From assembly GCF_006345805.1 (NCBI RefSeq), contig NW_021833419.1:11560-75559 (forward strand): DNA of 64,000 bases, in the 5' to 3' direction. The notes under the pieces are model-generated. The model made no database searches and was not told the DNA's origin. It was given only the letters and a program-made list of their open reading frames with translations. Numbering within the stretch: the first letter of the stretch is position 1; each line of letters begins with the position of its first letter. The position numbers were made by a program, and so were the translations under genes. The stretch comes from Octopus sinensis. Its lineage: Eukaryota. Shown piece by piece: positions 26,540 to 39,764 of this stretch.

Positions 26540-27017
26540 AGTGTGTGTGTATGTGTGTGTGTGTATGTGTCTGTGTGTGTATAAGAAAACTATTGTAATT
26601 CATTGTTTGCATAGTTTCGTACGCAGGGGAGATAACATAAACAAATTTTTTTTTTAATTGTCTCCCTTACACTACTAAACTATATTTTACTTGGCGCTTT
26701 CGTATCCAGATGATTCCTTCAATAAATATGCAGAGAAATTATTTTCCTTCCGTCTTCTTATATTACTTTTATATTCTTCTATTAATTTACTGGTCTGAGT
26801 CATCACACCACAGTCATGCTGGGATATCAATTTTAAGGCTTTCGTGGATATCACTTAGCATTCACTATCATTAGAATCGTACGGTCGCGCGATTTATACG
26901 TAAACAAAAATTGCGTACGTACATGCACACATACATATAGAGGGATACATATACATAAGCATATGCTTATATACATATATGCACATACATACATACATAC
27001 ATACATACATACATACA

Positions 27018-27052
<35 letters not shown>

Positions 27053-27074
27053 TCACACACACACACACGGGTGA

Positions 27075-27200
27075 GCATTTCAGTGCGAAACGAGGTGGAA
27101 AAGATAGTACTCGAATGCCAAAGGTAGAGTAATGTACTTTTTACTAAAGCCGCAAAGTTCTCACTCAGAGTTTCACGTTCCCGTTCGTCGGACAGTTGTG
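27075..27200 (-). mobile_element. Putative PLE terminal-repeat fragment containing a damaged hammerhead
   Basis: Same family as 59167-59305. Core ccgacga-acg ggaa cgt-gaaactctgagt is retained, but the cleavage triplet is GUG and stem I is broken. Confidence 0.6.
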
Positions 27201-27260
27201 ATAAATACTTATCACAGCTTTTCTATATATATATATATATACACACATACATACATGCAT

Positions 27261-27314
<54 letters not shown>

Positions 27315-27437
27315 TATATATACATACATAAAGATAGACACATACATACACATATATATACATTCATATATACATATATATATACACATTCATATATACA
27401 TATATATATATAATTTACATACATATATATACACATA

Positions 27438-27499
<62 letters not shown>

Positions 27500-27665
27500 T
27501 ATATAATATATATATATATAGTATATATATATACACACACATATATATATGTATATCTGTATATGTAAATAATGTATGTGTTTGTATATATACATACATT
27601 CACGTATATATATATATATACATACATACATATAACACATATATATATATATATATGTGCATATA

Positions 27666-27705
<40 letters not shown>

Positions 27706-27795
27706 CTTATATATGTATATCTGTATATGTAAATATGTGTGTATACACACACACACACACAACACACACAAACACAACACACACACAAACACACA

Positions 27796-27831
<36 letters not shown>

Positions 27832-27849
27832 ACACAAACATATATATAT

Positions 27850-28391
27850 GCGTGGCTGTGTGGTGAGAAGCTTGCTTCCCAACCATACGGTTCAGGGTTC
27901 AGTCCAACTGCGTGGCACAATGGGCAAGTACCTTTTACTACAGTCTCGGGTTGACCAGAGCCTTGTGGATGGATTTGATAGTCAGAAACTGAAAGAAGCC
28001 TGTCGTATATATCTAAATTTATGTGTGTGCGTGAGTGAGTTTGTGTCTGTGTTAGCCCTCCGACCCTCACCATTTGAGAAGTGGTGTTGGTGTGTTTACG
28101 TCCCTGCAACATAGCGGTTTTGCATGAACAATATAACAAGTACGAGACTTAAAAAGTACGTTCTGGGGTCAATACTTTCAACTAAAAAATGTTCAAGGCG
28201 GTAACTGAAACATGTAATACATGTGTGTGTGTGTGTGTAAATATATAAATAACGCGTAAGAGCGGCTGTGTGGTAAGTAGCTAGCTTACCAACCACATGG
28301 TTCCGGGTTCAGTCACACCGTGTGGCACCTTTTTCTATCGGTCTCTTTTGGTGAACACACCAGCATCGGTTGTCAAGCGATGTTGGGGGGA

Positions 28392-28425
<34 letters not shown>

Positions 28426-28580
28426 ACACACACACATACGACGGGCTTCTTTCAGTTTCTGTCTGCCGAATCCACTCACAAGGCTTTGGTTGGCCCGAGG
28501 TTATAGTAAAAAACACTTGCCCAAGGTGCCATGCAGTGGGACTGAACCCGGAACCATGTGGTTGGTAAGCAAGCTACTTT
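27850..28580. mobile_element. Cluster of SINE-A copies in both orientations
   Basis: Diverged plus copy 27850-28200, plus head 28260-28330, minus copy 28333-28578. Confidence 0.85.
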
Positions 28581-29907
28581 ATTTTATCAAATTTGCCATA
28601 AAGACAGTACAAAGAGTGTGTAGCTTTGCGGGCTGGACAAACACATTAATGAATGAAAATGAAAGAAAACGAATAAATGAGAGACGAAACTCAACACCCG
28701 CCGATTGGATTTTTCTCGAAAACATATTTTCACTTTTTAAAAATCAGTATGAGGTTTCAAAGCAATAGTTCCCCAAAAAAGGAGAGAATTCAAAAGAAAA
28801 CAAAAGTGAAGAAGAAATAAATAAAAAACAAACAATTCAATAAAAAGTCACAATAGAAGAAGAAAACAATAGTTCAAAAAAAGAAAACACAGCAAAAAAA
28901 AAGAAAAAAATCTTCTGGGCATTCATGTACTCCAAGAGGGTTATGGTACTCCAATTCGAACCTGGACTGCTCCACTTGAATACACCTTTCCAATACAAAA
29001 ATAGTTAGGTTAGTTCTTTTGTTCCTGTTCAACAGTTACAAAGTGCTGAAACCCCACATTTCGACAGTGGCACTTTAGCCCCTTGATGATTTCATAACAA
29101 AAATAGTTCGCTTAGTCCTTATTTTATTCCAGTCCAACAGAGTTACAATTCCAAAGTTCTGCAGTGCCGTCGTTCTACAGGGGCTCATTGGTCCTACTTC
29201 AAGTTCTATACCAGAATAGCATATTCCTTCCTCTTTTATTCCAAAGTGCCGCATTGTCACAGTTCCGAATCTGCACATTAGTGCCACATTTGTACTCTGT
29301 AATTTCCATATCAGTGACCTTTATCTTGTGTCCACAGAATGTCTAATTAATGTCCTGTGGTACGATTACAGTGAACGGGTGGCACCCCTGTAGAGTACCT
29401 GCCCAACATTAAATCAAATATTCATCGGTGCCGTGACATTTTAAAAATTTGTCTTAGCCAGAAAAGAAAAGTATATAGAGGTCTAAAGATTGGTGGAGGA
29501 TTATGGGACTTCTTCGCCCCCGAAGGAGCATGCAGCGAAGTTAAGAGGGCATAGCCGAAGGGTCCTATAGTATTTGAATGTAATTTGTGATCACGTCTTT
29601 GTCTGTTAAAGGTGAAACAAGTCCGATGCCAGAGATTTACAAAGAACTGCTTGAGCATACACATTTTTAAAAGAAAAAGTTAATATTATTATTATTGTTG
29701 TTGTTGTTACTTTTCTATATTTTTTAATTAATTATTATTTTGTTTGGTGAACAAAGAATATGTCGGCTGAACAATACAGAAATTTGGTGTATTTGGAGAA
29801 GAGAGAAAGAGCATAGGAAACATCGCTAGATTATACATCTACATATAAACACACACACACACACACACACATACATATATATACAGAGAGAGAGAGAGAG
29901 AGAGAGT

Positions 29908-30004
<97 letters not shown>

Positions 30005-30199
30005 TTTTATTTTATCGACCCCGAAATGATGAAAGGTAAAGTCGACCTCGGTGGTATAATATGGTATAATAATCACAATAATAATATAATAAAAACAGTA
30101 GTAGTAGTAGTAGTAGTAGTAGTAGAAGAAGAAGAAGAAGAAGAAGACGTATTGTTTAAAAATCTTGAAGAAGGCCCTGCCCCCCGTTTGTTAATAACT

Positions 30200-30950
30200 G
30201 AAGTATCCTGAAGATGAAAGTCTCACGTTGTTCAAAAGTTTGAAACGGGGCCAAGCCCTTATCGTGTTCGGCACAGGGGGATATATATTTTGAAGATGCA
30301 GACCATGGGAAAGTTAAAAGGCACAAACCTGATTTAGTCATAAATCACGAATCCGGAAATGGCTTGTTTAAAATAACATTTGGCAGTGAATAATGTATCC
30401 AGTCAGATTTTTGCAATTTATAATCCTTAAAAATAGGTCATGCCTTCTTTGGTAATTATCATGGTTATCCAAGAATGATAAATTCTTATACCTTATTTAT
30501 CAATTATCATAATATTCCGAAGATGGAGTGCTTCTATGGTCTGTGTGTTATTTGATAATTCATATGGCGTTCCAAAGACAGTAAAATATTATGTTTTGTT
30601 TGGTAATTATCAAGGTATTTTGAGGATGGTTCTCTTGTAAAGCTTGTGTAGCTTAAAAACTTAAAGAAGTTTGGTAGCGAGCGATGTTGAAAGAAATTAG
30701 GGATTCCTGCTCCTTTTCGTATAAGTATTTTTGTATAAGTTTTAGATGACGAAAAATTGAAGACCAGCTTTTAAAAAATTCCTTGTGTAGTTTTGTAAAG
30801 AATTCGTACTGCTACAAAACGCATTCGGGAAATGTTGTTTGACATATGATTACTGGAATCCTGCATCGAAGAACCTTCTGCAAAGTGTTTTTGAAAAATA
30901 AAATACAAACTAAAATCATATATGTATCAAATAGAAACCTAAGCGACGCA
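30200..30950 (-). pseudogene. Very decayed PLE-like coding remnant
   Basis: AT-rich sequence with fragmentary peptides (KLHKLYKRTILKIP, CKNLTGYIIHCQ) reminiscent of the PLE linker and GIY-YIG region. Confidence 0.3.
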
Positions 30951-31539
30951 GATTCAGCTTCAGTAGTTGATAGAAACAGACCGAGGTTTTACTAATAACC
31001 GACGTAAAACACGTCGATGGTAGCATTTCAAACACTTCCATATGTGACTGAATCGTTTAGTTCTCACGAAGCGGTGGCTTCCGGAAAGCAAAAGGGCAAT
31101 AATGAAAACACACACATACAACCTATATAAACATCTGTATGTATACGTGGATATATATTTATCTATCTATATATATATTCATGTATTCATAAAAACATAT
31201 ATACATACGTACATACACTGCATATACGTATGCGAAGAGTAGAGGTGTGGATGGTAACGGAGACGACGAACGATGTCTGTATAAGAAGATATTTAACAAG
31301 TCCGTATACAACGATAGACAAACCAGAATCTGAATTGAGGAAGACGAAGACGACAGCTGTCGATGACTGAGTGAAAGTCTTTGCTTGAAGGAGGAGGAGG
31401 AGGAGGAAAAAAACCCAAACAAACTGGATACATAAAGAGCAAGGGGGAAGGATGAGGGGGGACAATACAAGAACAGAATAAAGTGTGGGGGGGGTTTACA
31501 TATAATGATGATGATGATGATGATGATAATAATATTTCT

Positions 31540-31662
31540 TTACTACCCACAAGGAGACAAACAAGGACAGACAAACGGATTAAGTCGATTACATCGACAC
31601 CCTAGTGCGTAACTGGTACTTAATTTATCGACCCCGAAAGAATGAAAGGCAAAGTCGACCTC

Positions 31663-31664
<2 letters not shown>
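31540..31664 (-). mobile_element. SINE-B 3' half, interrupted at ccgaggtcgac
   Basis: Tail and core are present; the sequence switches to (TAA)n at 31665. Confidence 0.85.
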
Positions 31665-31712
<48 letters not shown>

Positions 31713-31713
<1 letters not shown>

Positions 31714-32105
31714 CTTTTACTCTTTTACTTGTTTCAGTCATTTGACTGCGGCCATGCTGGAGCACCGCCTTTTAGTCGAGCAAATCGCCCCCCCCCCCCC
31801 GACTTATTCTTTGTAAGCCCAGTACTTATCCTATCGGTCTCTTTTGCCGAAGTTTCGGGAACGTAAACACACCAGCATCGGTTGTCAAGCGATGTTGGGG
31901 GGACAAACACAGACACACAAACATATACACACTTACATATATACATACATATATATACAACGGGCTTCTTTCAGTTTCTGTCTACCAAATCCACTCACAA
32001 GGCTTTGGTCGACCCGAGGCTACAGTAGAAGACACTTGCCCAAGTTGCCACGCAGTGGGACTGAACCCGGAACCATGTAGTTGGTAAGCAAGTTACTTAC
32101 CGCAC

Positions 32106-32106
<1 letters not shown>
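31713..32106 (-). mobile_element. SINE-A nested in the (ATT)n tail of the Tx1 LINE
   Basis: (TAA)n on both sides (31665-31712 and 32107-32156). Confidence 0.85.
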
Positions 32107-32156
<50 letters not shown>

Positions 32157-32439
32157 CAATTCTTTTTTATTGGCCACAAGGGCTGACACGCATGATTACA
32201 TAAAGGGACAAGACAGGACGAAAGGTTACAAAGGGTTTTGCCGTTTTTTTTTTAAAACATCGAGTAAAAATCTTTATAACAACTTATAAAATTCAACAAT
32301 GAAAAACTCCCAAAAGGGGGAGACGTCTCGAAAGGTTCCTGGTGGAAAAAACCCTACAAAAGCCAACGGGAGCCTGGTCAAAAAAGGGGGTGTAGAGAGT
32401 CCCCTTTCTTCTCCTTTTACATTACCTTTTTCTTTGAAA

Positions 32440-35400
32440 TCACAGGCGAAACCTGAGAACTGGTCCATTTATACAGGCCAGTCTCGCACAATTCACCCAC
32501 CTTTCATAAAACTTGCTATCGGACAGCACTTTCCTCTCTAACCTCATCTTCCTTTTCAAGTGAAACTTGAAAAAGTTGATGAGGCCTTGACCAAAGAGGA
32601 AAGTGTCTGACTTTAGCCTTTTCAAACGAGTCCACCACACAACTTCTTTCGCCACAGCCACAAGGCACAAGAAAACGGCCTCGCCCTCCTTGTTAAAGGA
32701 GGTCGGCGGGGCAATCTTCACTATGGATTCGGCCGATAGTCGGATCCGTCCTACACGTGACAGTAGCTGTTCGACATAAACCCATATTTCAGCAATACTC
32801 GGGCACTGAACGAGTGCGTGCAGAACGGTTTCGTCGTCCTGGCAACACCTCGGGCAGGCCCGGCTGACGGCACTTCCGTGCCGGTAGAGTTTATCTCGAA
32901 CAGGCAGAGCCCCTCGGTAGCACTGCCAAGCGAGAGACCTCTGGAAATTATCCATCGGCCCCGGCCCGAAAGTCCTCCCGAACAGACCGCACAGTTCGTC
33001 ATCTCCAACGCCTAGAGTTTCCCCGAGAACGTCGTCGCATTTTTCCTCCACTAACCCTCTATAGAACGCTAGAGTGGAGCTGTAACCGATCGCATTGCCC
33101 GCCTGGCGGAGGGCGGAGAGGGCTTGACGGCACTCGAGGTGCCAAGCGCCCTTTCTCGGTCTACGTTTGATCCAGGTCTGCAGTTCCGTCAAAGAGACGA
33201 GCTGCGGAAAATCGCGTCTGACAAAAGACGACCACACCTGTTCACCGTCTAGGAAGCGCTTGAGATGCCGCAGCCTGAGCGCATGTCTGCGCAACAGTAA
33301 CCACGGCATTCCAAGGCCTCCGTTCAGCGGTCGTTGACAGCAGATGGATCGCCTGACCAGTGGCACCTGACCCTTCCACAAAAAGTCGAAGAGCAGACGT
33401 ACCAGCTTGGCCAACCAGCGGTCGGGACAAGGGACGACGGTCAAGCGGTAATAGATGACGGATGCGATGTACGCATTCGCCACCTCCGCTCGACCTTTCA
33501 GGGACAGCTTCCTCTCGGCCCATTTCTGGGTGAGACGTGCCACCCTGCTCGTCACCTCTTCCCAGTTCTTATCCACCTGGAGGTCCGGACCGAACCAGAC
33601 CCCGAGCAGTTTAACGGGTCCGTCTGTCCAGTGCCCTACGACGCTGTTGGACGGCATGGGCTTGCCTCTCCAGGTGCCCAGTTGCAAGCCCACAGACTTT
33701 TCCGCGTTAATCTTTGCCCCTGTCACCGCTTCGTACTGGTTTAGCGTCTCGCCAATCAGGCCAATGTGCCTGTGGCTCGACACCACCACGGTGACGTCGT
33801 CGGCATAAGCAGACACGCTGTTTCCGCCTCCTAGATCGCGCGGGATGCCCCTCAAAGCCTCCAACTTGCGCAGTAATGGCTCGAGAGTCAAAATGTACAA
33901 GAGGGAGGAGAGAGGGCATCCTTGGCGGACCGAACGCGAGATGTCGAACGGTTCCGAAAGGTGACCGTTCACCCGTATCACCGAGCAGATGTTGCTGTAT
34001 AAAGCAGCGATCCACCCGCGGAAGACTGGACCGAAGCCGGCTGCCTTGAGGACAGCTGCCAGGTACCGATGGTCGACCCTATCGAAGGCTTTACTCTGAT
34101 CCAAGTTGATCAAAGCCCCACCCGCGCCAGCGTCGTTACCCACCCTCTCTATGATGTAGCGCATGAGATGGAGGTTGTCGTGTATCGACCTGGTCGGCAC
34201 GGCGCATGTCTGCGTCCCGCCGACCAGCTTGTCCACGACAAGCGCCAATCTCTTGGCTAGCACCTTGGCCAAAATCTTCAACTCTGCATTGAGCAGAGTG
34301 ATGGGCCGGAAATTCCCTATAACGTCCCCCTTGTTTGGGTCCTTCTTTAGCAAAGCCACCACCCCTCGACAGACAAAAGCAGGAATTCTCCCGTTTTGCT
34401 GCCAGTTGCAGTAGACGTTTGCCAACAGGTCCGCAAACAAGTCTGGCATTGAAAAGTAAAGCTCGTAGGGCAGACCATCCAAACCCGGCGATCTACCTCT
34501 CGTGCAACTCTTCATCGCTTCCTGTACTTCCCAGGCAGATATCGGTCCTTCGCAGCACTCTGCCTCGCTGTCCGAGAGTTGCGGCAGTCCGTCCAGGTAC
34601 ACACCGAAGTCTGTACCGTTGGTGTCCGTTCCACCGCTCGTCCCAAACAGTTGAGCAAAGTGCCGCTGAAGCACCGTACACATCTGTTTCGGTTGGGTAA
34701 CCTCGCGCCCGTTCTGGTCCACCAAAGACCGAATGGTTGCTCTGTTGCCTCGCTTCGCCTCCGCCACGCGGCCCATCGAGCGGCTCTAGTCCCCTCCCCG
34801 CTTAGCGAACGTGCCTTAGCTCTGACAACGCAGCCTTCGTGTTTGGCGTCGAAGTGTTGGTCGAGGGCCAACCTTGCCGCCAACACGTCGGTCGCGATGC
34901 CAGTGTCAAGAGCCTCGTCTAGTTTCTTAACTAAATCCCGCTCTCTCTTCCTACGTTCAATAGCTAGAGTCTTACTATACCTAATCGACTCTACTCTAAT
35001 TGCTCTCTTGAGGGCAAACCACCAGTTGTTGTTGATGATTGCCCCCGTGAGCGCCCGCTTAACTAGTAAACTAATCCGGTCTCTGTAAGCTTTGCACGCC
35101 GTTAACGACGCGTTCAGCTTCCAGTAGCCGGGTCCCTGTCTATGTAGCCTATCTAAGTCGACCGTACAGATCACTAATTTGTGGTCCGTATATTCGACTA
35201 GGTGGAATTGTGGACACCCTACGCTGTCCTTATCCGCTGGCCTACAAAACACTCTATCTAAGTACGATCTAGACGACCCGATGCGGTTTGTCCAAGTCCA
35301 CATTGGCACATTCGGGTTGTCTAGTCGAAACCTGTCGGACAGCTGAAAGCGGCCGAGTAGGTTGGCGAGGCTCTTGCACCCTCCCCCTCTCCTATCAGAC

Positions 35401-35874
35401 GCCCCCCCTGCCCACCCGATCGAAACGTTCGTCTAAGACAGCGTTCCAATCCCCAACTAGTACTAGAGTGCGTGACGTTCCCAGGAAAACTTCCAGACGT
35501 TTGAAATAATCCGACTGCCCTGCTCCTGTCGGAGCGTAGGCAGCCAGCAGTCTGAAAGCACCGCCGTCACTACCGTCCACGTCGAGGACCACCAACTTAC
35601 CTTCCGGATCCAAGAAGACTGTCCTTATTTTCAGGTCCAGGCCCTTCCGAAACAACACCGCAGTACCACCACCGCCCGCTCCCGGCCGACACGGAGATAG
35701 AAATATCTCGTATCCGCCGAAAAGGGCTGCGAGTTCCTGCGGGTGGGAGAGCCTGGTTTCACTGATGGCTGCTACATCCACATCATGAAACCTCAGGTCG
35801 TTTAACAGGTGACCCTGTTTCCAAGGTGACCCGAGGCCTCTCACATTCAAGCAACCGATTCTAAGATTTGCCAT
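32440..35874 (-). CDS. Tx1 ORF2: apurinic endonuclease, reverse transcriptase and C-terminal zinc finger (~1145 aa after repairing two 1-bp indels)
   Basis: EN motifs CLNVRGL, AISETR, GDWNA, SYLDRVF, TDHKLV; RT motifs FRPITLLN, LDQSKAFDRVDH, RQGCPLS, YADD; CPRC..ETVLHALVQC. Frameshifts at a G7 run (~35401) and at GCC (~34770). Confidence 0.92.
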
Positions 35875-36751
35875 GTTTCAAAAGTTAGGGGGAAAAAAAA
35901 GGAGAAAAAGGCTCTACTTACTGGGGTGGGGGTGGCTCCCTTGTGCTTTTGCTTTTGCACGGGTGCTTCAATAATATATTTGTAAAGTTTCTGAGAGAAA
36001 CTTTTCCCTAACGATCCCACATCGTTAGGGAATATTTGTTTTATTTCGTTGTAAACTGTTTTGTTTATTTTTATTGTGAGAATGTGTGCTGGTGGTGTGT
36101 TGTGTGTAGGTATTATGAAATCTGTAATGTTTGTGCTTGTTTTGTTTTTCAAATACTCAACCAGTTCCTGGTTTCTTGTATTCACTGCTGTAATCGTGTC
36201 TGTAATTGTGTCTGTGTTTGTTTGTGTCTGTGTTTGTTTGTGTCTGTGGTAGTGGCAGTAGTGGTGTCGAAAGTGTTGTTGTTGTTGTTTGTTGTTGTGA
36301 GTGTGTGTTGTTGTTGATGTTGTTGTTGATGTTGGGAAGTACTGTTTGTTCGTGCTTCCCCTGTAAATCTTTTTGTTTTTTCCTCCTTTTCTTTTTTGGA
36401 GGTACTATGTTCCATTCTCCTTTGTTGGAATCAGAGCTCGCACAATCCGAGATCTCTTCATCCGGCAAAGGAATGGTTGAGGGGTCTGCTTCAGTAGCAG
36501 GACGAAAAGTTTTTGGTTCCGCCGGTATCGGTGGTGCCGCTGCTCCTGTTACTGTTGATGTCGCTGCTGTCGACCTTCGAGGTACTGGTGTCGGTGTTGG
36601 TTTGCTGGTGGTTGTCGGTGTTGGTTTGGTGGTGGTTGTTGTTGTTGGAGGTGGTGTTGTTCGTCTTGGTGCTGGTGTTGGTGATGGTGTTGGTGGTGTG
36701 GCAGCCTTTGGTGTTTCTTGCTGTTTTTGTTGTTTCTGTTGTTGTTGCTTG

Positions 36752-36782
<31 letters not shown>

Positions 36783-37804
36783 GCTGCTGCCTCTTGCTGA
36801 AAGCCTCCATCCTCTTTTTGTGAATGGGACAGTCCCTCTTTAAGTGGCTTTCGCTGCTGCAGAGAAAACATTTTGGCTTTCGCCCCTCCACAGCAACGTT
36901 TAGCCTGGTGCCGTCCGGCAAACTTACGAAATCAGGGACTTTACTTATATTCTCTTGCTGAATTTGCGCAAGAAGCAGCACTCCCATCCCCAACCAGTTT
37001 TTCGCCCTCACTCTCCTGACATCTAGAATGGTGGTAGTGTCCTCTATATCATAGAGGACAGCTGCCACCAGCCATGACATATTTAGCTCAGGGGGACGAG
37101 GTCGATTTTTATTTTGTTACTCTTCGCCCGAGGTGGGTCGGAATTAGTAACAAATTCTCAGTTTGCAAGGGCGAAATGGCGTTCGCCCTTGCAAGCTCCT
37201 CTGTTGGGAAGCGAACCTCCACGGTTCCAAAACGCTTCCCCTTGGTTACGTAGCTCTTTTGGGCCCAAATGGGCTTTAGAGCTATCTCCAACTGTTGGGG
37301 TGTGGCATTTGTTATTCTTTTTAGTTTTCTGTCGAAAACTTTGTAAATTATTGTTTGCTTGTTGGTGCTTTCAATCACCTCTTGTGGAGTATTGAGGAAG
37401 ATACCATTGCCATCCTTCCTTAACAATTCCTTCGCTCTTTTCACATCTTCTAGAGTTATCTTAACTTCCTCCGAAATTTGCTTCGCAGCAGAAGCAAAAT
37501 TGTTGGAAGTTTTTTCTTTTATCTCCGTGTCAATGTTTGTGATGATTTTTGTATTTGTTTTTTTTTCCTCCTCCTTCCGTACCAAAGCATTAGGTGAAGG
37601 CAGAGGGGGAAAATCGAGAATTACGTCGAACGCGACGTCCTGGCTTGCATTCTCCTTTTGAACGGAGCTCGTGCTCTGCGGTTCGGAAGGAGAATCTTTG
37701 TTGCCTTTTAAGGCGTGAAGTGGGTGTTTTGGACGAGTTGTGTGTGTTTGCGGAGGGAATGTATCTTGAAGGAAGGAACAGCCAACTGTTCGCTTCATAG
37801 CCAT
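35847..37804 (-). CDS. Tx1 ORF1 (nucleic-acid chaperone with zinc knuckle), frameshifted
   Basis: ATG at 37804; RRM-like segment KRFGTVEVRF; CCHC knuckle CFLCSSESHLKRDC; Q/T/P-rich linker. Frames rejoin by adding single A and C in homopolymers at 37090-37112 and by shifts in simple repeats near 36200-36300. Confidence 0.8.
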
Positions 37805-37913
37805 GTTTTTTTTTTGTTGTAATATTCAAAATGTTGAAAAATGTCAAATGTTCAAAATTTTCAAACGTATAGTAATAATAATTTATCGACCCCGAAAGGA
37901 TGAAAGGCAAAGA

Positions 37914-38485
37914 TTATTATATATGCCCTGATGCAGTACCAGGCAGTGGCTCTCATGGCTTCTGATCTTAACTGATTGGAAGTGTTATCATGTACATTGT
38001 TTTGTCTTGGTATAAAAAGATGGGCTACAGCAAATATTCTGCTCAATACCACAGATTTGCTTGTCAGTTGTTTGACCATAACCAGTTGAGCATGTCCATT
38101 TGTGGCTGACGATATGTGCATCTCTGATCACAAGCAGAAGTAGTGGGGGAGCATCATAGCCATGTGTTGAGAGGCATTCTTTGGTGTTTGACTAATTCAT
38201 CTATGGAAACATGGGTGGTTCTTTCAACATCCTTAAACAACTCTTATTCAGGGACCTTTTGAGCGGGATGGGCTACTCAACCTGAAGAAAATTCTAACTG
38301 GGCCCCACCTGCAAGGTCATGTGCTGTTTATCTTGATATGAGATCACCATGTTGCGCACATATGGTTGTGATGCATGTGTCTGGTGTACCCTTATCAGAC
38401 GGGTAGTCATGATTGGTATATTGGGCTTCGTATATTTTACCCCAGTGTCACTTTGATGGCATGCACTGCTCTCTCACTCAATAAT
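37914..38485 (+). mobile_element. LINE 3' UTR with (AAT)n tail, probably R4/Dong type
   Basis: Second copy of 8131-8587; ends ctcactcaataataat. Confidence 0.7.
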
Positions 38486-38673
38486 AATGATAATAATAAT
38501 AATAATCCTTTCTACAGTAGGCACAAGGCCTGAAATTTCGAGGGAAGAGTAAGTCGATTACATCGACCCCAGTACACAACTGGTACTTATTTTATCGGTC
38601 CCGAAATAAATCGATAATGATAATAATAACAAAATAATAATCTTTTCTCGTTATTTCTTCTACTTTTCTTCTT

Positions 38674-38710
<37 letters not shown>

Positions 38711-38727
38711 CACTACCACCACCACCA

Positions 38728-38763
<36 letters not shown>

Positions 38764-38892
38764 TTACCACCACCACCACCACCACTACCACCACCACTAC
38801 TACTACTACTACCACTACTACTGCGGTTGCTGCTGCTGTTTTACTGCTGCTATTATTATTATTATTATTATTATTGTTATTATTTCTAATAC

Positions 38893-38942
<50 letters not shown>

Positions 38943-39559
38943 TCTAATCCTACTTCTATCCACTTTGTCTACGCCATTTCCTTTCTAAAAAACATTTAAC
39001 TTTGCTTTGAACTACTTTTAGTAATAAAATTCAATTTATACCCAAGCAGATAACTATGGCTCTGTGTCTGTGTGTGTGTGTGTGTGTGTGTTGTGTGTGT
39101 GTCTCGGCGCACGCAGATTTTCCACTCGCTTCGATTCTTCTCTTCTTTTTCTGTTTACATTTTGCTCTGTTGTTTTCTTTCTCCTTCTTATAATTCAGAC
39201 GAGAGAACGGTACAGCTGTTGAGCGGACAACGACATTAGAACCCGCAAGCTGTTGCTTTGACGTAGACAGTGTTTTATTGACGAGAAAACATATGACCAT
39301 GTCACCATAAAAGATGTGTGTGTGTGTGTGTGTGAGAGAGAAAGAGAGAAAGGGCGACAGAGTGTCTCTCTCTCTCTATGTGTATGTGTATATATATGCG
39401 ATCGTCAATTGTGTGCTATTGGTTTTTCCACTTAAGTTTCAAATAGACATTAATGATTTTTAAAATCGGAATCTCAGCTGCTGTTGAGTTCAACACACAC
39501 GCCCATTGCGCGTGCACGCACCTACGCATAGACATGCAGCGCCACCCACGCATGTTTGT

Positions 39560-39714
39560 ATTTCTTATTTCTTTATTGCCCACAAGGGGCCAAACACAGA
39601 GGGGACAAACAAGGACAGACAAATGGATTAAGTCGATTACGTCGACCCCAGTGCGTAACTGGTACTTAATTTATCAACCCCGAAAGGATGAAAGGCAAAG
39701 TCGACCTGGGTAAT

Positions 39715-39764
<50 letters not shown>

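Larger units (their letters stand above)
32107..37875 (-). mobile_element. Near full-length L1/Tx1-clade non-LTR retrotransposon
   Basis: Short 5' UTR, ORF1, ORF2 (APE-RT-zinc finger), ~280-bp 3' UTR, aataaa and (ATT)n tail. Confidence 0.95.

Noticed and set aside
27066-27095. Plus-strand hammerhead-like gcat/gtgc stem with GAAAC
   Set aside because: The core has two mismatches and there is no NUH cleavage triplet.
28930-29340. Possible exon or repeat system
   Set aside because: Only faint ~110-bp internal periodicity; no motif or open frame worth calling.
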